Below the pieces are notes generated by a model. It was not told where the DNA came from and searched no databases. It saw nothing but the letters and a program-made list of their open reading frames with translations. The position numbers were made by a program, and so were the translations under genes. From a virus (Duplodnaviria; Caudoviricetes): 55,655 nucleotides of DNA. The DNA lies in the IMG/VR virus record IMGVR_UViG_3300014311_000014, positions 1-55,655 of that record; one strand, 5' to 3'. Of the stretch, positions 1-7,322 are shown one piece after another; within the stretch, counting starts at the first letter, position 1, and every line of letters begins with the position of its first letter.

Positions 1-202
1 CTCCGGCTCGCCTGCGGGGCTCCGGCTCGCCTGCGGGGCTCCGGCTCGCCTGCGGGGCTCCGGCTCGCCTGCGGGGTTCCGGCTCGCCTGCGGGGTTCCG
101 GCTCGCCTGCGGGGTTCCGGCTCGCCTGCGGGGTTCCGGCTCGCCTGCGGGGCTCCGGCTCGCCTGCGGGGCTCCGGCTCGCCTGCGGGGCTCCAGCTCG
201 CC
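1..202. repeat. 19-bp tandem repeat (C/T)TCCGGCTCGCCTGCGGGG, 10 full units plus a degenerate partial unit
   Basis: Units at 1, 20, 39, 58, 77, 96, 115, 134, 153 and 172; units 5-8 start with T instead of C. The same repeat is at the right end of the window. Confidence 0.98.
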
Positions 203-231
203 GCGCTCGCGCGGGCAGGGTAGGCTGGCGC

Positions 232-284
232 ATGCCAAAATGACAGACCTGCCAATAAGGCAGTTCGGCCTGCCAATCTGGCAG
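232..284. promoter_or_regulatory. Tandem palindromic operator-like sites CTGCCA-N4-GGCAG
   Basis: CTGCCAATAAGGCAG (249-263), CTGCCAATCTGGCAG (270-284) and degenerate ATGCCAAAATGACAG (232-246); the same motif pair occurs at 25179-25215. Confidence 0.6.
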
Positions 285-320
285 TTCCGATCTCGTAACG
301 CGCGAGCGCCGAGCGGGACT

Positions 321-404
321 GCTCGGCTTCCCTGCTAGGGACCGCTCGGCTCCTGCTAGGGACTTGGACTGGGACGCGGGACTTGGACTGGGACGCGGGA
401 CTTG
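321..404. repeat. Two pairs of short direct repeats
   Basis: GCTCGGCT..CCTGCTAGGGAC x2 followed by TTGGACTGGGACGCGGGAC x2. Confidence 0.8.
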
Positions 405-438
405 TTCTTGGACTCGAAAAAGAAAAAGCGAAAAGGAC

Positions 439-466
439 TTGCTCTCGGACGCGAGAGCGCTATACT
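439..466 (+). promoter_or_regulatory. Sigma70-type early promoter, probably producing a leaderless mRNA
   Basis: TTGCTC-N16-TATACT with GCGC before the -10; ATG lies 6 nt after the -10; same promoter architecture at 4748 and 52888. Confidence 0.65.
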
Positions 467-472
467 ACCCCC

Positions 473-775
473 ATGCTACACGAACGCACCACCTTCTACG
501 TCGGCCTGCACTCGCCCGTCGATCCCTTGGACGACGGCGCGCGCGCCGAGCGTGTGCGGGCGATCATCGGACAAGCCTACGAATACGCGACCGTCGCGCT
601 CGTGGACGGCATGTGGCGCGGCGAGGGCAAGCCCACGTTGCGCATCGAGCGAATCGGCGAGGCCGATGAGCGAGAGCGAGAGCGCGCCCGCGCGATCGCC
701 CGCGAGATCAAGGCCGAGCTGCACCAGGAAGCGGTCGGGCTCACGTTCGAGCCCGTCATCTTCGAGCTGATCTAG
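473..775 (+). CDS. Small early protein, DUF3574/SAM-lyase-like fold suspected
   Basis: ATG at 473 in the frame of ORF 383..775; pattern G-x-W-x-G...T-L-x-I...IAxxIKxxLxQEAV. Confidence 0.6.
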   Translation: MLHERTTFYVGLHSPVDPLDDGARAERVRAIIGQAYEYATVALVDGMWRGEGKPTLRIERIGEADERERERARAIAREIKAELHQEAVGLTFEPVIFELI

Positions 776-812
776 GACTGTCACCACGGACTCAACACAA
801 GGACACGACACC

Positions 813-1346
813 ATGAAGACCTGCACCGTGACCCTCTACACCTACTCCGAGCTGGACGAGCAAGCGCAAAAGCGCGCCCGTGACGCGGCCCGCGCCCGCG
901 GATGGTACGGCGACGCATGGAGCGAGGAATGGCGCGACTCGTTGACCAAAGCCGCGGACGCGCTCGACTTCAGGGTCAAAGGCTGGAGCATCGACCCGTG
1001 CGGGCGACGCGGTACGTACTGCGACGTGGAAGTCACTGACGATGACGTGGCCGAGCTGCAAGGGGCGCGCGCGTGGAAGTACCTGCGCGCGAACTACGCG
1101 GACGCAATCGCCACGGACTGCCCCTTCACCGGCGTGATGAGCGACGAGACTTTGCTCGGCCCGCTCCGCGCGTTCCTCAAGCGCCCCAACACGCACGACA
1201 CGGTGCAGGACATCATGGACGCATGCGCGGACGCATGGGCGACCGGATGGGCCGAGGACATCGAATTCCAGACCTTGGACGAGTACGTGGCCGAGGACCT
1301 GGAAGCGAACGGATACGACTTCACCGCCACGGACGACTTCCACTAG
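813..1346 (+). CDS. Hypothetical phage early protein
   Basis: AAGGA RBS; acidic protein with YxYxELxExAQ start, CPFTG core and EANGYDF end, a pattern I recall from phage early proteins. Confidence 0.75.
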   Translation: MKTCTVTLYTYSELDEQAQKRARDAARARGWYGDAWSEEWRDSLTKAADALDFRVKGWSIDPCGRRGTYCDVEVTDDDVAELQGARAWKYLRANYADAIATDCPFTGVMSDETLLGPLRAFLKRPNTHDTVQDIMDACADAWATGWAEDIEFQTLDEYVAEDLEANGYDFTATDDFH

Positions 1347-1444
1347 GGACTCACCATACGGACTCTATCCAAGGACGCGAAACTGGAGGACCTGGCGTGA
1401 GGGGCGAGGGCTGGACGTGCGAGCGATGAAATCCAGGAAACGAC

Positions 1445-1473
1445 TTGCGCAGGGGACGCGGCCCGAGTACCAT
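1445..1473 (+). promoter_or_regulatory. Sigma70-type promoter, leaderless
   Basis: TTGCGC-N17-TACCAT followed 6 nt later by ATG at 1480. Confidence 0.45.
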
Positions 1474-1479
1474 GCTCTC

Positions 1480-1860
1480 ATGGACACGGAAATGTGGGCC
1501 GAGATCCCGGACCTTCGCGGCTACGAGGTGAGCAACACGGGCCGAGTACGCCGGTGGACGATCGTAGATGGCAGGCCGAGACCTCGACCCTATCGCGGGT
1601 TCGTGGAGGGGTCCACGGTGGTGTACCGGCTCAAGGGCGAGCGCTACACCATCGACGAGCTGATGCTGGCCGCGTTCGGTGACGACGCCGAGGGCATGGA
1701 AGTAGACTACGATCCGAGCGAGCGTGACCGCGAACTGACGCAATACGAGCGGAACGAGATCAAGCTGGCCGAGGGCTGGAAGCCCGCGTTCGAGGTGGCG
1801 CAGGACTTCCGCATCGACTCGGTCCGAGTACGCAAAATCTGGGATGGCGGACTGGAGTGA
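1480..1860 (+). CDS. NUMOD4-motif DNA-binding protein with C-terminal HTH
   Basis: WAEIPDLRGYEVSNTGRVRR is a NUMOD4 motif; C-terminal AFEVAQDFRIDSVRVRKI is HTH-like; no HNH catalytic motif. Confidence 0.65.
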   Translation: MDTEMWAEIPDLRGYEVSNTGRVRRWTIVDGRPRPRPYRGFVEGSTVVYRLKGERYTIDELMLAAFGDDAEGMEVDYDPSERDRELTQYERNEIKLAEGWKPAFEVAQDFRIDSVRVRKIWDGGLE

Positions 1861-2132
1861 TGGACGCGCACGAGATCCAGGCTCAAACTGCGGTGCTGAT
1901 CGCCCGATATGCGAAGCTGCGGGAACGGTTCGTCGCCGAGCTGGCCGCCTGTACTCGCTACAAGCTGGAGCACGGACGCTTCCCTGCCGACATGGGCGAG
2001 CGCTTCCGCAAGCTCACCGAACAAGGACACGAGATCCAGAACAAGCTCTACGACCTACGACAAGAACTCAGGAAGTTGACCGGCCCGTTCGCAGGAGTGC
2101 AAGTACCCGACCATCTGCCCGAAGAACTATGA
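1857..2132 (+). CDS. Hypothetical helical protein
   Basis: GTGA/ATGA overlaps with both neighbours; phage-like codon usage. Confidence 0.65.
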   Translation: MMDAHEIQAQTAVLIARYAKLRERFVAELAACTRYKLEHGRFPADMGERFRKLTEQGHEIQNKLYDLRQELRKLTGPFAGVQVPDHLPEEL

Positions 2133-2650
2133 CCGAGGACGCGAACATGGACGACCTGACCCGCACCAACTACCTGCGCCTGACCGACGCACTCGTGGCC
2201 GCCGAGGATCGAGCGGACCAACGCATGATGGAGGCCGACACGGACGAGCTGACCGGCCTGCTCAACCGGCGCGGACTGACGCGCCGGACGCACGACCGCG
2301 ACTGGGGCTGGTTCGTGGTCGCCGACCTTGACGGCTTCAAGCGAGCACAGGACAAGCCCGGGCGCGGACACGCCTACGGAGATGCCGTCCTCGTGGAGTT
2401 CTCCGAGTTCCTGCTGACGAACACCCGCCAGCGCGACATGCGAGCGCGCGATCTGCTGGCGGCGCGCACGGGTGGTGACGAGTTCACCATCTGGACCGAG
2501 ACCCGGGCAGGTGCCCGGCGGATCAAGGAGGCCATCCGTGAATGGGCCTCGAACGATGGCGAGGTGCGCGCGAGTGCGGGCATCGGCCAGACGACTGACG
2601 CCGCAGACGCGGCATGCTACCTGGACAAGACCAAGGACGACAACCGATGA
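2129..2650 (+). CDS. GGDEF-domain diguanylate cyclase
   Basis: TDELTGLLNRRG, DLDGFK, GHAYGDAVL, RTGGDEF, SAGIG, ADAACY; ATG at 2129 overlaps the upstream stop. Confidence 0.92.
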   Translation: MTEDANMDDLTRTNYLRLTDALVAAEDRADQRMMEADTDELTGLLNRRGLTRRTHDRDWGWFVVADLDGFKRAQDKPGRGHAYGDAVLVEFSEFLLTNTRQRDMRARDLLAARTGGDEFTIWTETRAGARRIKEAIREWASNDGEVRASAGIGQTTDAADAACYLDKTKDDNR

Positions 2651-2961
2651 GAAACCTGACCTTCCTGCTACTCGCCGCGTGCGCGGCGACGGCCTTCATC
2701 ACCGGCAGCCTGCTGGACTTCCAGCAGCGCTACACGAGCGAGGTCCGCCCGCGTGGCGGCGCGGACCCTGTGAATCTGGAGTTACTCAAGTTTTACAGCA
2801 TCGAACCCGAGGACCTGCGCCTCGAAGACCCGGAAGGGTTCGCGCGACTGGCCGACATGGAGTTCACGCCCGAGCGCACCCGCCTCGCGGCCGAGTGGGC
2901 GTACAAGATACGGCAGCGCATCTTCCTCCGCAGGTACGGCTACCCGTACAACGAGCAGTGA
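2647..2961 (+). CDS. Hypothetical protein with N-terminal signal/TM segment
   Basis: MRNLTFLLLAACAATAFITGS; ATGA overlap with the GGDEF gene. Confidence 0.65.
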   Translation: MRNLTFLLLAACAATAFITGSLLDFQQRYTSEVRPRGGADPVNLELLKFYSIEPEDLRLEDPEGFARLADMEFTPERTRLAAEWAYKIRQRIFLRRYGYPYNEQ

Positions 2962-3059
2962 GCTTCCTCACCGTGGCGACCATCTACGTCGTGGGTTGGC
3001 TCTCGGGGATCTGCTCGGTGCTGCTCTACGACCTCGTGCAACAACTCAAGAGGACCTGA
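2958..3059 (+). CDS. Small single-TM protein (33 aa)
   Basis: GTGA overlap; hydrophobic FLTVATIYVVGWLSGICSVLLY; fills the gap exactly. Confidence 0.5.
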   Translation: MSFLTVATIYVVGWLSGICSVLLYDLVQQLKRT

Positions 3060-3060
3060 C

Positions 3061-3306
3061 ATGTTCGACCCCATCAAGCGCGGCTTCAACGCCGCACGCC
3101 GAGCCTTCGCCCCGCTGTTCCAGGCCACGGGCGACGACACGCCCACGCGTAACGAGATGCGCCTGGACGGCGACGAGTGGGCCGTCAAGCGCAAGCTGGG
3201 CCGCTCGTTCTTCACCCGTCAGCTCAACCCGAACACGCGCGCCGCGCGGATCGCGTCGCTCACCGAGCGCGAGTACGACCTCGCCCGCAACCGGGGGTGG
3301 CTCTGA
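3061..3306 (+). CDS. Hypothetical protein
   Basis: GAGGA RBS; tightly packed operon. Confidence 0.65.
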   Translation: MFDPIKRGFNAARRAFAPLFQATGDDTPTRNEMRLDGDEWAVKRKLGRSFFTRQLNPNTRAARIASLTEREYDLARNRGWL

Positions 3307-3596
3307 TGCGGGGGCAACTCACCGACGCCATCAAGCAGCGCGCCAGGGAGCTGCTCGGGTACGACATCACCGTGACCGAGCTGCGGATGATGCCGTACGT
3401 CCAGTACGTCATGGTCAACGAGCAGCGCATCGACCCACGCAAGTGCAACGCCGAGGACCGCGAGGTGCTCCAGCGCTGGCGCGAGTCGGGACACATCGAA
3501 GGCGGCGCGAGCGGCCTCTCGATCACGCGCGAGTTCTGGGACATCATCAACGAGTTGGTGTTCCTGAGCTACGTCATGCGAGGTGAGGCGGCGTGA
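3306..3596 (+). CDS. Hypothetical protein
   Basis: TGATG coupling; MRGQLTDAIKQRARELLG... Confidence 0.7.
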   Translation: MRGQLTDAIKQRARELLGYDITVTELRMMPYVQYVMVNEQRIDPRKCNAEDREVLQRWRESGHIEGGASGLSITREFWDIINELVFLSYVMRGEAA

Positions 3597-4060
3597 AGCG
3601 CTACCGCGTGACCTCGAAGTTCCGCGACAAGAGCGGACGCACCCTCCGCACCGCCGACACATTCGACGGTGCGGAGGAGGATGCGCGGTGTGCGCTGGTC
3701 GAGGCGCACAAGGAGATGACGCGCGTGTGCGCCGCCGATCCACGCATCGACTCCATAATCTCGACGGTCAAGGGACCGGAGGGCGAGATCAGCACGACAG
3801 ACTACGCCGACGAGCTGGGCACGGTGTCGAGCACAGGCCTCATGCACGAGGTCGCGCCCGAGGACCTGGAGCCCGCACGCGGCGGGCTCGTGAAGGAGTC
3901 CCGCGACGCGGGAACCAAGACCATCAATGACATCTTCGCTGGAGGCGAGGGCTTCGTCTCCAACGTGGTGTTCCCTGACTTCAAGCTCACGCCCGAGCAA
4001 CAGGAAGTGCGGAGGCGCATCGAGAGCTACTGCCGAAACAACCAACAGGAGAAAGAATGA
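3593..4060 (+). CDS. Hypothetical protein
   Basis: GAGG RBS; GTGA overlap. Confidence 0.65.
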   Translation: MKRYRVTSKFRDKSGRTLRTADTFDGAEEDARCALVEAHKEMTRVCAADPRIDSIISTVKGPEGEISTTDYADELGTVSSTGLMHEVAPEDLEPARGGLVKESRDAGTKTINDIFAGGEGFVSNVVFPDFKLTPEQQEVRRRIESYCRNNQQEKE

Positions 4061-4713
4061 ACTTCACCGACATCATGCTGGACCTGGAGACCTTGGGCAC
4101 CGGCAACAATGCGGCGATCATCCAGATCGGAGCCGTCGCCTTCAATGCGGACGGCGACAACGCTTCGCTCTGGACCAACTCGCCCGACATGCTGGCCTCG
4201 CTCGGCCAGGGCTTCCGCGCGAACGTGGACCTCGCCAGCTCGCGGCACCCGGGCGTCATCGACGCGAGCACCGTCGAGTGGTGGCTCCAGCAGTCGCAGG
4301 AGGCGCGCGACTCGATCACCAAGCCTGAGGGCAGGCTGGAGCTGGGCGCGGCGCTGGAAGCGTTCGTACGTTGGGTCTACAGCATCACGGTCAAGGTGCG
4401 CGACCTGCGCATGTGGTCGAACGGGCCGACGTTCGACGAGACCATCCTGCGCGCCGCGTTCGCGCGCTACAACGCACCGCTGCCGATCTCCTTCCGGGGC
4501 TCGCGCTGCTGCCGCACGATGATCGAGCTGGCCGAGATGTACGGCTGGAACCGCAAGGAGGCCACGCGCCTCGCGCCCGACGACATCGTGAAGCACGACG
4601 CCCTGGGCGACGCCGTGTTCCAGGCGCGCAGCGTAGTGTCCCAGCGCCACTTCCTGCGGCCGGCTGCCAAAACGGCAGTCCCGACCTCCAGCGGCCTCGG
4701 GGAGATCACCTGA
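4057..4713 (+). CDS. DEDDh 3'-5' exonuclease (RNase T / Rv2179c-like)
   Basis: MLDLETLG, WSNGPTFD and HDALGDA motifs. Confidence 0.9.
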   Translation: MNFTDIMLDLETLGTGNNAAIIQIGAVAFNADGDNASLWTNSPDMLASLGQGFRANVDLASSRHPGVIDASTVEWWLQQSQEARDSITKPEGRLELGAALEAFVRWVYSITVKVRDLRMWSNGPTFDETILRAAFARYNAPLPISFRGSRCCRTMIELAEMYGWNRKEATRLAPDDIVKHDALGDAVFQARSVVSQRHFLRPAAKTAVPTSSGLGEIT

Positions 4714-4747
4714 TTTTCGACTCCCCGGATTTTTTCGGGGAGAGTCC

Positions 4748-4775
4748 TTGACTCGGGCTCTCCCCGCGCTATACT
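4748..4775 (+). promoter_or_regulatory. Sigma70-type early promoter
   Basis: TTGACT-N16-TATACT in an intergenic gap. Confidence 0.75.
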
Positions 4776-4824
4776 GCTCTCAGATTCAAGACCGGCCCAC
4801 CGGGCCACAACCAAGGACACGACC

Positions 4825-5253
4825 ATGAGCAAGACCAAGACCACCATCAAGAACTCGCAAGCCCTTCTCGCCCTCGCCCGCCTGAGCCACCGGAACCTCG
4901 CGTCCAACGCGGCGGTGAAGGCGCTGCGCGGCGACGTGCCGCCCGGCAAGTACGAGGGCGAGGCCACCTTCAAGCTCGTCTACGACATCACCGTGGGCGA
5001 GGACCACGAGGCCGAGGTCGCGCAGACCGTCCCGTGGAAGGCCATCGCGGGCGCGCTGTTCGGCAAGCTGAACGCCGCGACGCGCGACAAGCTCGTGCGC
5101 GAGCTGCTGGAGTCCGCCGAGGACGGAGGCTTCCAGGTCCGCGAGGGCGCCATCAACGAGGAGGCCGAGGAGGCGCTCAAGGCCCTGATGGGCACGACGC
5201 GCAAGACGGTCTCGGGCAAGATCACCGGCAACGCCATCATCCTGGAGGACTGA
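4825..5253 (+). CDS. Hypothetical protein
   Basis: AAGGA RBS; strongly biased codon usage. Confidence 0.75.
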   Translation: MSKTKTTIKNSQALLALARLSHRNLASNAAVKALRGDVPPGKYEGEATFKLVYDITVGEDHEAEVAQTVPWKAIAGALFGKLNAATRDKLVRELLESAEDGGFQVREGAINEEAEEALKALMGTTRKTVSGKITGNAIILED

Positions 5254-5256
5254 TCC

Positions 5257-5655
5257 ATGAACACCCTGACCAACATGCTACACGGCGCGCTCTGCGCGTT
5301 CCTCCTGCTCGTCTTGGTCATCCCGGGCGTCCAGTTCACGCTGCGCCAGCTCGGCAGACTGCGAGGCGCGACGCGCCGACTGGCGCGCCGGACGCTGGGC
5401 CTGGAGCACTTCGAGAAGTTGATGCTCGACGAGGTGCGCTCCTACCGCGCCGTGATCGACCCGCGCATCCCGATGACCTACACGCCCGAGGTCGCGGCGC
5501 GCGTCGCCCGCACGCTGCCGATCTGGGCGCAGGACCTCATCGGCGACCTGCTGCGCGAGAACCCGCGCAGCGTAACCCGCGAGGAGCTGCGCCGCGTCAA
5601 GCGCCTGCCGCTCTGGGCGCAGCAGGTCATCGCCGACCTGCGGATGGCACGATGA
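5257..5655 (+). CDS. Membrane-anchored hypothetical protein with two LPxWAQ repeats
   Basis: N-terminal TM; LPIWAQDLIGDL and LPLWAQQVIADL. Confidence 0.7.
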   Translation: MNTLTNMLHGALCAFLLLVLVIPGVQFTLRQLGRLRGATRRLARRTLGLEHFEKLMLDEVRSYRAVIDPRIPMTYTPEVAARVARTLPIWAQDLIGDLLRENPRSVTREELRRVKRLPLWAQQVIADLRMAR

Positions 5656-6047
5656 GCGCCTACGCCGACCGCACCGACCAGATCGCGAAGCTCCCCAAGT
5701 GGGCGCAGCAGATCATCGAGCGGCAGCAGCAGACCATCGCCGGGCTCCGCACAGAGCTGGCGATGACGCTGCGGCCCGCAGACCTGGGCGACCAGATGGT
5801 GTTCGAGTCGTGGCACTACAGCGACGACCCGCTCCCGAAGGACATGGCCCTGCCGCCGGGCCAGCTCAAGATCCAGCTCGGCGTGGACCGCTACGGTCGC
5901 CAGCACAAGATCGGTGTTGTCGTCGAGACCGACCACTGCGGACGCAAGTGCATCCGCTTGACGGGGATGCAAGGCCCCATGCACATCCTCCCGGTGGCGT
6001 CGAACACGATCACCGTGACCACCCTGCGCGAGACCAAGGAAGACTGA
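5652..6047 (+). CDS. Hypothetical protein with LPKWAQ motif
   Basis: ATGA overlap; C-terminal part of ORF 5034..6047. Confidence 0.7.
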   Translation: MSAYADRTDQIAKLPKWAQQIIERQQQTIAGLRTELAMTLRPADLGDQMVFESWHYSDDPLPKDMALPPGQLKIQLGVDRYGRQHKIGVVVETDHCGRKCIRLTGMQGPMHILPVASNTITVTTLRETKED

Positions 6048-6049
6048 CC

Positions 6050-6670
6050 ATGCACAAGCGACTGAACGAAGCCCTGGACCCGAATCATCCGGTGCGCAAG
6101 CACCCGTACACCACGACGAACTCGGGCGTGAACGTCTTCTCTCCTGAGCAGTTCAAGGCGTGCGAGGTGCGCATGTCCGACATCCTCGACGGGATCTCGA
6201 AAATCTGCCGCTACAACGGGCAGGTCTCCGAGTTCTACTCCGTGGCCGAGCACTCGGTCCTGGTCTCCCGCATCGCCGAGCTGCTGGGCGACGAGGAGGC
6301 GATCATCCCGGCGCTGTTCCACGACGCCCACGAGGCGTACTCGGGCGACATCCCTACCCCGCACAAGCGCATGCTCCCGGCCTTCGTCGGCTTCGAGAAG
6401 GGCTACGAGGACACGGTGCGCGAGGCGCTGCACCTCCCCGGGCCGGACGATCCGGTGTGGGCTCGCGTGGCGAAGTACGACTCGATGATCCTTCACCGAG
6501 AGCTGCGCGTGTTCCGTGCCCCGGAGCTGCTGCCCCGATGGTACGACCCCCAGATGGACGGGCAGGTGCCTCCGCAGGTACAACCCGTGGGGTTCGACTG
6601 GCGCGAAGCTCGCGCCATGTTCCGCGCTCGGCTGCACGACTTGGGATGGGGACTCGGAGGAAATCTATAG
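6050..6670 (+). CDS. HD-domain phosphohydrolase (YfbR/YfdR-like deoxynucleotidase)
   Basis: CRYNG, YSVAEHS and LFHDAHEAYSGDIPTP motifs. Confidence 0.9.
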   Translation: MHKRLNEALDPNHPVRKHPYTTTNSGVNVFSPEQFKACEVRMSDILDGISKICRYNGQVSEFYSVAEHSVLVSRIAELLGDEEAIIPALFHDAHEAYSGDIPTPHKRMLPAFVGFEKGYEDTVREALHLPGPDDPVWARVAKYDSMILHRELRVFRAPELLPRWYDPQMDGQVPPQVQPVGFDWREARAMFRARLHDLGWGLGGNL

Positions 6671-6677
6671 AAAGCGC

Positions 6678-6706
6678 TGGCGCGCGGGACTCTCCTGTGC
6701 TACAGT
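6678..6706 (+). promoter_or_regulatory. Extended -10 promoter (GTGCTAnnGT class) upstream of the replication operon
   Basis: TGGCGC-N17-TACAGT with GTGC before the -10; motif shared with the promoters at 25142, 25252 and 51901. Confidence 0.45.
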
Positions 6707-6839
6707 GCTGTGTGACGGTCGCCAGACGGCAGAGAGAAGCTCGTCCATCGCTTCAAAACCTTTATGGGCTCTGCACTCCGTATGCAGGCTGGTACTAGTC
6801 AGCCCGACCGACACACCTTCTCCACCACCCGGCAACACC

Positions 6840-7322
6840 TTGAACATCAGCGACCACAGATTGCAAGAGAACCTGCGACGCGGGATTCTCGTTGACCCGG
6901 AAGACGAGCACCTACTCCGCAAGCACATCTGGCACATCAATACTGGCGGCTATGCACAGCGCGGGGCTTGGCGCAAGATGGTATTGTTGCATCAAGAGAT
7001 TGTGGCTTTCGCACAAGTGAACCACATCAATCGCAACAAGAAGGACAATCGCAAGGCGAACCTTCGAGATACCTGTCGAGCAGAGCAGCAGCGTGGGAAG
7101 TCTAAAGGTCTCTACGCTGGGATCAAACCAAGCAGCAAGTTCAAGGGAGTGTCTTGGGACAAAGCATACGAGAAGTGGCGGGCCAGGATCACGTTCGAGA
7201 ACAAACTCAAGCATTTAGGCTACTTCGACGACGAGCGCGAAGCCGCGCTGGCCTACGACCGCGCCGCGCTCGAACTCTTCGGCGAGTTCGCCGCCACCAA
7301 CGCTGACCTGGGGCTGCTGTAG
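6840..7322 (+). CDS. HNH-AP2 homing endonuclease
   Basis: VNHINRNKKDNRKANLR (HNH) and SSKFKGVSW...WRARI...HLGYF...AALAYDRAA (AP2); more AT-rich than neighbours; start (TTG 6840) uncertain. Confidence 0.9.
   Translation: MNISDHRLQENLRRGILVDPEDEHLLRKHIWHINTGGYAQRGAWRKMVLLHQEIVAFAQVNHINRNKKDNRKANLRDTCRAEQQRGKSKGLYAGIKPSSKFKGVSWDKAYEKWRARITFENKLKHLGYFDDEREAALAYDRAALELFGEFAATNADLGLL

Noticed and set aside
1-202. CRISPR array
   Set aside because: Units are head-to-tail with no unique spacers, and there is no cas operon; the Cas4-like gene is a typical phage exonuclease.
6707-7322. Group I intron carrying the HNH gene
   Set aside because: The flanking genes appear complete, and I could not identify P7-type conserved elements.
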